Below are positions 12,991-25,333 of a stretch of 64,000 nt of DNA, piece by piece. Made by a program: the position numbers and the translations under genes. Within the stretch, counting starts at the first letter, position 1. Each line of letters opens with the position of its first letter. Source of the stretch: Callorhinchus milii (taxonomy: Eukaryota); NCBI RefSeq assembly GCF_018977255.1, contig NW_024704743.1:63056001-63120000 (forward strand). Direction: 5' to 3'. Below the pieces are notes generated by a model. That model was not told where the DNA came from and ran no database searches. It saw only the letters and a program-made list of their open reading frames with translations.

Positions 12991-15634
12991 AACAACAACA
13001 AAACAACTTGCACTTATATAGCACCCTCCTCACAGAGTAGGGTCTCAGAGCGCTTACTAGTGGCAGAGCCTGACTCCTAGCCGGGGGGAGCGGGGCGGTA
13101 GCCGTAATCACGATTGAAGAGAAAAGTCTTCAGGCGGGACTTGAAAGAGAGGAGAGAGGGGCAAGCCGGATCTTTTGAATAATAGAGCTGGGGAGACCAG
13201 CGAGGAGTATGTTGGAGTAATCCAAGTGGGAGGTGACAAACTCATGCACGAGAGTTTCGGCTGCATTTGGGGTAAGGTATGGTCGGAAGCGGGCAATGTG
13301 GTGGAGGAAGGCTTCTTGGTCAGGGACCGAATGTGGAGGAGGAAGGACAAATTGGGGGTTGAACTTGATGCCTAGATTGCTCACTGGTTTGGTGAGTCTG
13401 AGGGAGAGCCCAGGGAGGTTGAGGAGTTTAGATCCACAGGAGTGAAGATGTTTACAGGAGCCAAGGAGTATGGCTTCAGTCTTGCCCACATTCAGCTACA
13501 GGAAGTTTACACTCATCCAGACCTTAATAGAAGCTGATCGAACATCGGGGGACTTGGAGTTGTTACTGGAGGAGGCAAAGTAGATTTCTATGTCATTTGT
13601 ATACATGTGGAGGTTTACCCCATGTCTGTGGATGACATCGCCCAGAGGGAGCATATAGATAAGGAATAGAAAACGGCCAAGGATGGAGCCCTGGGGAACC
13701 CTATAGGTGACCAGGCGGGGGCGGGAGGAGAAACCATTTGCCAAGATGAATTGGAGGCGGTTGGATAAGTAGGACTTGAACCATGTGAGTGCGGTCCCAT
13801 TAAGGTAGATGAGGGAGGAGAGGCGATGGAGGAGGATGGCATAGTCGACCATGTCGAACGTGGCAGGAGGACAAGGAGGCAGAAGGAGCCCTGGTCCCAG
13901 ATAGAGAGAATGTCATTCATAACTTTGACAAGCGCTGTATCTGTGCTGTGGACAGGGCGAAAAACGACTGCACGGGCTTGAGGAGGGAGTGGAGGGAGAG
14001 GTGTGTTGTCAACTGAAGTTGACCTGCAACAATACGTTCCAGGACTTTGGAAAGGAAGGGTAGGATGGAGATGGGATGGTAGTGTGAGAGATTAGAGGGA
14101 TCGAGGGTGGGTATTTTTGAGGACGGGTGTGATGACAGCGGTTGTCAGGGGGAGTGAAATAGAGCCTGAGGAGAGAGACTGGTTGACCGTGTCAGCCAGC
14201 AAGGTAGGAGAGAAGGGGGAGTAGAGTGATCAGCAGCTGGGTGGGGAGGGGGTCAAGGTAGCAGTTGTTGAACTTCATCCAGGTGATTGTGGTTGAGAGG
14301 GAGGAGGAGGAAATGGGGCAAAGGAGTGTAAGGAGGGGTGAGTGGCAGAGCCATGGCGGAGTGAGAAGGCGGTGTGGATGGTCTGGGTGGGGTGGAAGGG
14401 GACGGTGGGGGTGTGGTAAGATGATGTAGCCAATGTTTTAAATTTTTGAGGCAAAGAAGTCTAGGACCTCTTCGCATTTGGTGTTTTACATGAGGCTAAA
14501 GGGGGCTTGAGGGGATGCACGGAGTAGGTGATGGATGGTGTTTTTGCCTCCAGGATGACTTTGGAATAAAAGTTAGTTTGGGCCTATGGAGGGAGAGGTG
14601 GTAGGTGCGAAGGTGCTCAAGCCACAGATGGTGGTGAATCCTGAGGCTGGATTTCTGCCATTTGCGCTCGAGCATCCAGGTTTGTGTTTTGAGTGAGCAG
14701 AGATGACTGTTGTACCCTGGGGTTTAGCAACAACCCTGGATTTCAGGGGAACTAGGGAAATGAAGGTTGTGGAGAGATGATCATTCAGCAGCTTGATGGC
14801 TGCATCAGGATCACTGCAGGTGGAGGGCTAGAGGGAGAGTAGGTCTGAGGAAGAGGGGGCATTTGTGAGGGACTCTGGGGGAAGCTTTTTCCAGGGGCAG
14901 AAAAAATGGTGGAGGGCTTGGAAGAGGGGAGTGGGATGTGGGAGGAGAGGGAAATGAGGAAGTGGTCTGAGATGGCCTTGTCTGTGATAGACAGGTCGGA
15001 AATGTCAAGGCCATGTGTGATGACGAGTTTGAGGAAGTGGCCACAGTGGTGGGTCATTGAGTTGATGTGGAGGGTGAGAGGAGAGAAGGGCAGTGAAACC
15101 TGAGGAGATGGTGCAAGGGGAGTTTAGGTGGAGGTTGAAATCAACCATTATCAGCAGGTGTCCTGTGAGGGACAGGGATGAGAGGAGAGGAGATATCGGT
15201 GAGGAAAGCACCAGGAGGTTTGGGGAGATGGTAAACCGGGAGTATTTTGAGGGAGAGAGAGAGGAGGGATGGTAGAGGGTGAGGTGCTCAAAGGAGGAGA
15301 AACAGCCAGAGGATTAGTGGGATAGACTAAGGGAAGCTTGGAAAATGAGGGCCACTCCACCGCCACATTGGTTGGGGTGTGCGGTGTGATGAAAAGTGTA
15401 GCCAGGAGGGGAGGCTGCAACGAGGGCAACAGGGTCACCGGAGGAGAACCATATTCCTGTAAACCCAAGAATATCAATGTGCTAATCTGGGATGAGGTCA
15501 TGTTTAGTAAGGGCTTTGTTGGAGGGAGCGGACATTTTGGAGGAAAATGCAGATAGGTTTGCTGGTGGGGGGCGGTGATGGGGGGAGAGGTATAGAGAGG
15601 ATTTAGGGTCGTGGGAGAGAAGCGACCATGGAGT
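12991..15634 (-). mobile_element. L2-clade LINE, decayed ORF2 (APE endonuclease + RT), inserted into a SINE
   Basis: Fragments THHCGHFLKLVIT...ISDHFLIS (APE), RVPQGSILG..YMLPLGDVIHRHGVNLHMYTNDIEIY (RT with decayed YADD) and FVTSHLDYSNILLAGLP; (TTG)n tail; near-perfect TSD ttggctgc (12983-12990) / ttgactgc (15635-15642). Confidence 0.93.
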
Positions 15635-16756
15635 TTGACTGCCGCGTTTTACCTACGAAATATACAGTCAATTCATTTTACAGTATATCCTGTGAAGCAT
15701 TTTGAGACGTCTAGAAGATGTGATAAGGCGCTATATCAAATGGAAGGATTATTATTATTATCATATCCACACAAGCAGGCTCACCGTGCCACTCTGAACT
15801 CCCACCTCCCATTCCCTCTTAGTCTCGGTGAGTGCATCTTGGCTGCTGCCACCAACCTCAGCCGCTTCTTCCCAAAATGCTCCCACCCCTATCCCCTACC
15901 ATCCATTACTCCCGCTCAATCCTCTTTGACAGTGCCTTTGGTCGCCCTCCTTCCCCTTCTGCCCCCCACCCTCCCCGATCCCGCCCCCAGCTCAGGTCCG
16001 AAACATTGACTGTCCAGTACCTTGGGACATCCTCCCAGCGTGAAAGGTGCTAAACAAATGTAATTTGTTCCTTGGGGAAGGAAAAGATGACCAAAAGTGT
16101 GTCAAAGAAGTAAATCTTGAGATAGACCTTAATGTTCATCAACTCTGGGATGGGTATGATGTCCAGGGGGAGAGACTGTCTGCTTTTGTTTTTGTATTGT
16201 ACAAAGTGAAGGGATGAAGCACAGGTTAGAATAGATTGAATTCAGTACAGGGCCACAACAGGCATTAAGCTGCAGGCAAAGCTGAGCACCCAGCCTACCC
16301 AGGCCAGGCTCCACTCTTACCAACAGGACTCCTTCATTTTCACACGTCATCTGCGAGCCAGATTGTTGAATTAGTGCTAATCAGCGTCAAACTCCTGTTT
16401 TTTCTGACAAAGAGTATTTCTCGTGAAAATGTAATTCTACTGTGCTTGGGTATAGTTGTCAACTCCTATGTGCACATTTCCATATACATGTGGGGAAGAG
16501 GGGAGAGAGAGGATATGGCTTCAAGCTCCTGTCATTTTGATGGAAATCGTTCTCGGTGCCAACTTGTCAATAAAGCAGAGGGAGAGGTCAGATAGCCAAA
16601 GGCCAGTACAGTGGGAATGACGTCTGACCTGGCTGTCATGTGGGGAGCCAAGAAAGCTTACAACAAACTAGCCATCTTAATATGGAAGCAAAGGAATTCT
16701 CCTTTGTTACTCTGATGGAAAGCTTTTACTTCATTTCACAATCAGTTAGACCATCA

Positions 16757-17397
16757 CATTGCCCGCCTCCGTCCGCACCTCACAACCAATGCAGCCAAAA
16801 CCCTCCTCCAGGCCTTCGTCACTTCTCCCCGGCTGGACAATTCAATTGCCCTCCTCGCTGGTCTCCCCAGCTCCACCATACATAAAATTCAACCAATTAA
16901 AAACTCCGCTGCCCAGATACTCACCCGCACAAAACTCTGTACCCCATTACACCAGTCCTTGTCAAGCTCTACTGGCTCCCAATTACCGAATGGATCAATT
17001 TCAAGATCCTCTCACTCGTTTTCAAATCCCTTCATGCCCTCACACCTCTCTACCTATCCGATCTGCTTCCCCTACCATCTCCCCACTCACCACCCACTGC
17101 CTCCGCTCGGCTGGCTCCGGCCATCTGTTTGTCCCTCGTCCCCTCCACTCCACCATCGGTAGCCGTGCCTTCAGCCACTATGATCCGAAACTCTGGAACT
17201 CCCTCCCTCAATCCCTCTGCCTTGTCCCCTCCCTCCCCATCTTCAAATCCCACCTTAAGACCTTCCTTTTTGATCGTGTTTACGGTCACCTCCCCACTCC
17301 CTCTCCCTTTAGCTCAGTATCAGACTCTGCCACTGTCAAGTGCTCCGGGACCCTACCAAGTGTGAAGGGCGCTATATAAATAGAAGTTGTTGTTGTT
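16757..17397 (+). mobile_element. L2 LINE 3' fragment
   Basis: IGSRAFSHYDPKLWNSLPQSL..FKSHLKTFLF; (GTT)n tail. Confidence 0.88.
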
Positions 17398-17935
17398 ATA
17401 GACCACAGTTAGAATATAGTGTCCAGTTTTGATCACCCCACTTTAGGAAAAATGTCAGGGAAAAGAGGTCGTTCAGAGGAGATTTACTAAGATGAACTGT
17501 CCAGTGCCTTGGGATGTCCTTCCAAAGTGAAAGGTGCTATACAAATGTAATTTGTTGTTGTAGGTTGATACCGGGGATGTGCGGTTTGGCCTATGATCCG
17601 AGACTAGAGGAACTGAAACTATTCTCACTAGAACAAAGAAGGTTGAGGGAGGACCTGATAGAGGTCTTTAAAATTATGAGGGGTTTCGATAGTCAACAGG
17701 GAGAAATTATTTTCATTGATTACTGAAGATATCCCTGAGGGTGAGTTCAAATGTGAATTTCGAACCATTGATGTAGCAGAGTACATAACTTTATTTAAAA
17801 AGGAACTTTTAACGTGCAGGGGAGCAAGCAGGAGAATAGATTCAATTATTTGGCTCAAGTGGAGAAAAACACCAGCTCAGACCTGATGCACCAGGTGAGT
17901 GACCTATCAATTTGCTATGACATTCTATGATTCTA
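17397..17935 (+). mobile_element. CR1 LINE 3' fragment
   Basis: RLEELKLFSLEQRRLREDLIEVFKIMRGFD; attctatgattcta tail. Confidence 0.8.
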
Positions 17936-19173
17936 AATAGGTTTATTATTAGTAGTATTATTATTACACATTGATCCCAGGCAAGTGCATATAGAGAGTT
18001 ATTGTCATCTGCTTAAGTGCTCCATCTGCCTATGCCGCATTGTTTAAGAGCCTGAGTAGCTGCATTGAGTCCAAGGTATAACGGTGACTTAAGAGAAAAC
18101 AGAAAAATAATCATAATAATCCTTACATTTGGCACCGAGGTGGGGGGAGAGGGGAGGTGGGGGGAGTGGGGAAGTGACCGGTAGTTCCTTGAGGAGGAAG
18201 GTCTTCAGGCGGAATCTGGAATGGGAAAGGACTGGTGCTTTGGGGGTATGGGGCTTAGAATAGTTGAGTGAGTATACGGGTGGTGGAGTTTTTAATTAGT
18301 TGGATAAGAAAGCTCTACAAATGTAATTTTGTACTGTATTTTGTAAGGAACACTACTAGTCCACCTTTAGAGCTCAACCCTTTCCCTTACTTACATTGCT
18401 TGCCAAGCTTCTCGATTGAGGATGACCAATTTCTTCTCACTCTCGCTATGTAAAATGATCTTGCTTTCTGTACTAAGTGTTATTCATCCATTGCTTAATT
18501 TGCTGAATTTGACATGAACATTAAACACTAAAAGTCCAGTGTTTCAAGCATCAACATTTTGCTTTAAATGTTTTTTGTTAATGCATTGCACGAGCAAAGT
18601 AGTCTACCTTATATTAATTATACATCCAGTTCCAGATTGGAATGATTTAAGTGGGTGAGGTACAACTAGTAGAACTTGGGCCTTCCCGTTAAAAGATTTA
18701 AAACCATTTTGTCTCAAAATGTAAGATGGCGCAAAATTGTGAAAATGTTTAATTTCAAACTGCATTTGAACATGTTCTTCAATTCCTGCAATTTTTAAAT
18801 TTTAGGCAAAAGACAGTTTTACAGGCTAAAACTAGATGGAATTTCATGCCTAAAGTCTGTGGAAATCCTGATCCAAGCATGGAATGTCTTATTAAATTAC
18901 CTGTGAAATTGTTAGAATTCAGAACTCAAAATTCATATTATTTTATAGAAATGTGGAGTAAAAAGTGAGATGTGGAATAATGGATCAAAACTGACAAAAT
19001 TATAATGATTTTCTCAGGAATCACACTCACACAAACACACAAATTATAAGACAATAAAAAGTGGGAATTAAAACGCTTGGAGTTGACACCGTGATAGCGG
19101 GGGGGGGAACAATGTAGAAGAGTTAATAACAGCAAGCCAGGACGACGATAAACTGTACAGAAGTAAACAGTGC

Positions 19174-19548
19174 AACAACAGCAACAACTTGTACTTATAT
19201 AGCGTCCTCCATGCATGGTAGTGTCTCAGATAACAATGGCGAGCCTGACTCCGAGCTGGGGGGAGGTGGAGGTGACTGTAAGCATGGTTGAACAGGAAAG
19301 TTTTCAAGCGGGACTTGAAAGGGGGGAGAGAGGGCGTAAGGTGGAGGAAATGAGGGAGGGTTTCCAAAGTTTTGGGGCGTAGTGGCTGAAAACACGACCT
19401 CCGATGGTGGGGCGGAGGGTGTGAGGGACGGGCAGGAGGCTGGTGCCAGTTGAGGGAAGGGTGGTGGATTAGGGAGTGAGGAGGTCAGAGAGGTAGGGAG
19501 GTGCCAGGGAGTGAAGGCATTTGAAAATGAGTGTGAGCATCTTGAAGT
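19174..19548 (-). mobile_element. L2 LINE 3' fragment
   Basis: FKSRLKTFLFNHAY; L2 tail. Confidence 0.85.
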
Positions 19549-19602
19549 GCAGAGCATACACTGCACAGAACATTCACTTACAGTAAAGCCCTTTATTTGT
19601 CT

Positions 19603-20262
19603 GTACCTTAGTGGTTAGAGCACTTGTCTTGAAGTGAGAGGATCTGGGTTTGATTCTTGGACAGGACAATACGGGAAGTTTCCTTACTCTACACCGCTCT
19701 ATTTACCTAGCAATAATAATAATAATAATCCTTGCATTTGATATAGCGCTTTTCACGTCGGGAGGATGTCCCAAAGCACTTCACAGAACACACTGTAAAG
19801 TGAATTGACTGTATATTTGTGGGCGAACACGGCAGCCAATTGCGCACAGCAATGTCCCACAAACAGTCGTAGATTGAAAATGACCAATTTATTATTGTTT
19901 TTTGTTTTGGAGGGATTATTATTAGGCTCTGTGTGGAGTAAGGAAACTTGCCCAAGGTTTCGCCCTGACCTGCCTGGAATTGAACTCAGGTCTCTCGCTT
20001 GCAAAGCGAGAGCTCTAACCACTGAGCTACAGGACTCCTACAAGTAGGAACCCGATTGTTAGTCGATTGGTGAATTGCTTTTCTGAGGGTAATAATCCCT
20101 CCAAATTAAAAAAAAATGTGGTCACTCAATCCACGACTGTTTGTGGGACACTGCTGTGCATTTCGCCCACAGTTAATTCATTTTACAGTATATTCAATTA
20201 AGCGCTTTGAGACGCCTCGAAGACATAATAAGGCACTAAATCAAATGAAAGGATTAATATTG
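19603..20262. mobile_element. SINE inside a SINE: young minus-strand copy (19712-20038) within an older plus-strand copy
   Basis: The host breaks at tttacctagca and resumes at aagtaggaaccc, which are contiguous in intact copies. Confidence 0.88.
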
Positions 20263-20863
20263 TTAAAGTATAGAAATGTCTGTAACCCAGTCCAGCCTTT
20301 GATTCACATTCTCAAAATGGAGCTTTCAAATGGCTGTGAAGAAAGGTTTTTTTTCTCTGGAAACGATTACTCATGGGCTGTGGGTTCAGGTTACAGTGAC
20401 AGGATGGAGCCTGCTTTCTTTCCAGCTGGTGCATCAGCAAGTTAATCCTCCACTCACTGTATTGAGCTTCTCATATCTGCTCACGTAACTCTCAGAGAGG
20501 CCAGGGATTAAATCACAGGGTTTACGCCACACCAGCCAATGGTGTGAAGTTATTTACACTGATTTCACTTCCACCTTTTGACACCAGATGGGAAACTAGT
20601 GAAGCTACACCAGGCTGTTGGCCCCCAGGGGAGGTTCACATGGCCTGTTATTTAGCAATGCTGTAAATGTTCTAAATTCCATGTTTTCCAATCCGCTGGT
20701 GAGACACAGTGTCAATGCTCAGGAAGGCCATGGGTGCAGAATCAATGGGGAAGGTTAAGACAGATACCTGGGGAGCAGCGGCAGATGTCCACCTATTTTC
20801 AGTTACACGGAATGGACAGCATAGCACTGTGTCACCAGCAGACAGGAAAACGTGGAATTATAT

Positions 20864-21235
20864 TAATAATAATAATCCTTGCATTTGATATAGCACCTTA
20901 TCCTGTCTTCAAGACATCTCAAAGCGTTTCACAGAATATACTGTAAAGTGAATTGACTGTATGCTTGTGGACAAAACCCAGCAGCCAATTGTACACAGTT
21001 GTGTCACACAAGCAGTCGTCGATTAAAGTGACCAATTTATTATCACTTTTTTGAAGGAATTATTACCCCCAGAAAAGTGATCCGCCAATCAACTAACAAC
21101 TGGGTTCCTACTCACAGATAGGTAAAAGAAGCATGTGGTGTAAGGAAACTTACCCAACATTTCGCCCTGCCAGGAATCGAACCCAGGTTTCTTGCTTGCC
21201 AGGCGAGCGCTCTAACCGTTGAGCTACAGGACTCC
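20864..21235 (-). mobile_element. Full-length SINE, long subfamily
   Basis: tRNA-like head, internal segment (gtaggaacccagttgttagttgattggcggatc), Deu core and (TTA)n tail. Confidence 0.9.
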
Positions 21236-21843
21236 AAACGTTAGAGAATGTTTACAGCACATTTGACCAATTGCAACTTTGGTGATGCTCACTCTCCCCA
21301 GTGGCCCATTCCTCTGCTCTTTCCCCTTTGAATATCATTTTCCCTCAAGCATTTATCTGATACCTTTTCAAATGTAATTACAGACTCAGTTTCAAAGAGC
21401 TACTGTATCTGCGGTAACAACATTCTAACAGGATGAGGGGAGGTTGAGAGAGTTTGCATAATCAATGTTTTTCTCCATATTCTTATTGGGATATTTATGC
21501 CGAGTTTGGTCTTTCTTTAATTTTTGCATCCGCATACCAGTTTATTTCATTCTTTTCCACTATGTGTTTATCCTAACTGAGAATGTTTGGAGGATTACTC
21601 TATCAAAGACCTATAAGTTCACATGATCTTAGCCTTAAGTTCATTCCACTGTCTCAAAATACATTAAAAAAACTACAAATATGTAGTCATTATGCTTTAC
21701 TAAAAACTCTGTGAAGTGCTTTGAGATGTTTCAATGTAATAAGGCACAATGCCAAATGTAACGATTATTTTTTATTATTTATTTAAGATTGTGCAGAATT
21801 TGTTAAATTGAGCCTTAATTTGTAAGCCTGCTTTCCTCAGTTA

Positions 21844-22158
21844 CAATAATAATAATAATCCTTGCATTTGATATAGCACTTTTCACATCTTCTCGACGTC
21901 TCAAAGCGCTTCACAGATAGACTGTAAAGTGAATTGACTGTATATTTGTGGGCGAAACGCGGCAGCCAATCGCGCACAACAGTGTCCCACAAATAATCGT
22001 GGATTGAAAATGACCAATTTATTATTATTTTGTTTTGGAGGGATTATTATTAGGAGTGTGGAGTAAGGAAACTTGCCCAAGGTTTTGCTCTGCCTGGAAT
22101 TGAACCCAGGTGTCTCGCTTGCAAGGCGAGTGCTCTAACCACTGAGCTACAGGACTCC
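21844..22158 (-). mobile_element. Full-length SINE, short subfamily, inserted in a palindromic MITE-like element
   Basis: Same family as 9880-10207. Confidence 0.9.
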
Positions 22159-23430
22159 AGTTCTTAAAAAGCCCTACAAGAAGCTAGTTTGTAAATTAAG
22201 GCTTCACAAAATTGAAATTCTGTTTGATCTTAAATTTTAAGACAATAAATGATCTTAAGGCAAAGAACCAATACATTTTAGGTCTCAGGTGAACTGGGGC
22301 AAATTGGTTACTCACTTCCTGGATGCTTGTGGACACTGATGTGCACAATAGGCTCCTGCGTTTTGCCCACAAAATATACAGTCAATCAATCCGCTTTACA
22401 GTATATTCTGTGAAACACTTAGAAACGTCTCAACGGTACGCTGTATGCAGAGATTATCATAATAATAATTAGAGTTTGTTGGTGAAATCTCAGGTATTAA
22501 GAACAATCCTTATATTTAAGATAGTGCCTACAATGCTGAAATATCTCAAGGCACTTCACGGGTAATTGCTGGCAAGCGTGTTGTATTGTATTTGTCGACA
22601 AAAGCAGCAAATTTGTGCACAACAAAGTCCCACAAACAGCTATGAGCTGAATGATCAGTTCATGTAAAAGATTTTGTTGGCTTGGACACTGGGAGAAACA
22701 CTTGTGTCTTTTCCAATGCACTTAACTGCGAGTCTCCAGCTACTTTCTTCCTCGGGAAGCCCTGGCATTAGAATGGTGCAAGTACTACGCTTATGTAAGT
22801 GTGTCGTGTTCTAAGCCAAGTAAAACTAAAACCACAGCATCAGCCAGTAATCGAATCCTGTCCTGCATCTGTAAATAGACCAGGACAGAGGGGAATGTAA
22901 CGCTGAGTAAGAGCATAGCCAATTTGCATCCTCCTGATCTGAACTAAATGTGATCTCCTGAGAGAGACACTGGAATATCTACGTGATTCAGTCTGAATCC
23001 CTTTTTTTTCTGATCTGAACATTTAGGTGTCAGGAAGATGGGTTCTACTCTTACCCCTCTTCTCCTGAAAGGGTTGCCTTTTGGGTATGATTCCACAGAA
23101 AAATTGCTACATGTGAATATACAACAATATTTAACAACAGACTTGAATTCTTACCAAATCCATTTTCTTATTTTTGCTTAGGATTTAAATATTTTTAATT
23201 TAAATTTAATGTTTGGTATTAAATTTAAATTTAAGATTATTATCCCCAAAAACAAAGGAAACATTGTAAGAGAGGTTTTTAGTGATCAGAAGTAAGAATT
23301 GTGGTCAATTTTCCTCATTCTTTCCTGGAAACATGAAGAAAAATACTAGCAGTCCCAATGCTGTGCTGACTAAGATCAGTGGACACAGCACTCACTCAAT
23401 GGGACCTTCCCTGTTTATATGGGCCAATGC

Positions 23431-23828
23431 TACAACAACAACAAAATTACATTTGTATAGCGTCTTTCACGTCGGGAGGATGTCCCAAGGCGCTGGACAG
23501 ACAGAGTTACGGACCCGAGCTAGGGGTCAGGGTGTGGGACGGTGGAGGGCAAAGAGGGAAGCAGAGAGATCAAAAGCACTGTCGAAGAGGAGGGTCTTGA
23601 AGGTGGTGAGGGAGGGGGCGAGAGGGAGGGACTGTGGGATGGAGTTCCAGAGGATGGGGGCAGAGTGATAGAAGGCCCGCCCGCCAATAGTGGGGCGAGA
23701 GAGACGGGGGATGTGAAGCAAGCCGGAGCCCGCTGAACGGAGGGAGCGAACAGGACGGTGGGGTGTTAGGAGGTCGTAGAGGTAGGGAGGAGCAAGACCA
23801 TAGAGGGCTTTGAAGGTGAGAACCAGGT
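23431..23828 (-). mobile_element. L2 LINE 3' fragment (second tail type)
   Basis: IGGRAFYHSAPILWNSIPQSL; tail gggacatcctcccgacgtgaaagacgctatacaaatgtaattttg(ttg)n on the minus strand. Confidence 0.87.
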
Positions 23829-23979
23829 GAGTGAATGTGAGTGCTACACCATAAGGTAGAAAGCTCTCTCAGATCAACTCAATCAGGAGTCTGTTAACTC
23901 ACTTTATATTGAAGTGAACTATGAAGAGAAAAATGTTGAACTGAAATCCAAAGTGGAACATTTATATGAGAAGGAAACA

Positions 23980-24522
23980 TAATCTGGTTAGGCCTCAGCT
24001 AGAGTACTGTCTTCAGTTCTGGGCACCACACTTTAGGAAGGCTGTCAAGGCATTGGAGAGGGTGCAAAGGAGATTTACCAGGATAGTACCAGGAATGAGG
24101 GACTTCAGTTATCAGGAGAGGCTAGAGAAGCTAGGATTATTCTCCTAGGAGCAGAGAACGTTAAGAGGAGACTTAATAGACATTTTCAAAATTATGAGGC
24201 AATTCAATAGGGTGAACAAGGAAGGATCGGTAACCCTAGGACATCGATTTAAAATAGTTGTTAAAAGAAATAGAGGGGAGGAGAGGAGAAATGTTTTCAT
24301 ACAGCGAGTTGTTCGGATCTGGAATGAATGGCCTGAAAGCGTGGTGGAAGCCGATTTGATAAAAACTTTTAAGAAATAGATAATTATTTGGGGAGGACAC
24401 GTTTGCAGGGCTATGGGTAGAGAGCGGGGGAATGGGATTGATTTGGATAACTCTTTTCAAAAAGCCGGACAGACATGATGGGCAGCATGGCCTCCTTCTG
24501 TCCTGTATAATTCTATGATTCT
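23980..24522 (+). mobile_element. CR1-clade LINE 3' end
   Basis: LVRPQLEYCLQFWAPHFRKAVKALERVQRRFTR..LEKLGLFS and RNVFIQRVVRIWN; attctatg terminal repeat. Confidence 0.92.
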
Positions 24523-25333
24523 AGGATATAATAATAATATAATAATCCTTGCATTTGATATAGCATCTTATCACGTCATTGAGACATCTCAAAGTGCTTC
24601 ACAGAATATACTGCAAAGTGAAGTAACTATGTTTTTTGTGGACAAATATCCCCTCCAAACTATACAAACAACTTGGTGTTATAGTGGGAAGGTGGTATGG
24701 TGGGTAAACTGGCAGTTTGAGATCAAATGAATACTTTAATCGCTACAGAAAACTGTCTTCAATACTAAGAGAACGGAAGAGAAGAAAACGGTATAAAGTT
24801 GAATAACTGACAACGGAGGAATTAGAAAAAGGAATTCAAAGATGTGGAAAGGATTGAACACTGGTTCCAGTGACTCTGTGCTGTTACTTGAGAATCTCAT
24901 ATTTATTGCTGGCATCCACAGGACAGTCAGGCCTCTTTTACGCATTCAACTCAACCTCACGCCAAAGGGAAAGAGCTATATTTTACTATAAGCAACTTGT
25001 GATAGAGGCAGCTGCTGGTGGAATGGAATATCACACCTAAAAATACATCACCTCGGACGGTCACACAGATCTCTGGTAACAGTGACATCACAAGGCACAA
25101 GACTGGGAGGCTATGACAAGGCAGATGTCCCTGGTATTTGCGCTGCCGTATTTAGAGCCACGAGCCAATGCCAATATTCATGATCCCCTGAGTTTAATCA
25201 CATGTTTGTGTTGGTCCAAGACTCACTGCTGCCCCAATTATGCTGTGAACATAATCCCCTCCTGCTTTGAATATGTACTTAAGAGGAATACCATGAAAGA
25301 ACTTGTCCTTCAGGGAACTACAGATAAACTTAC

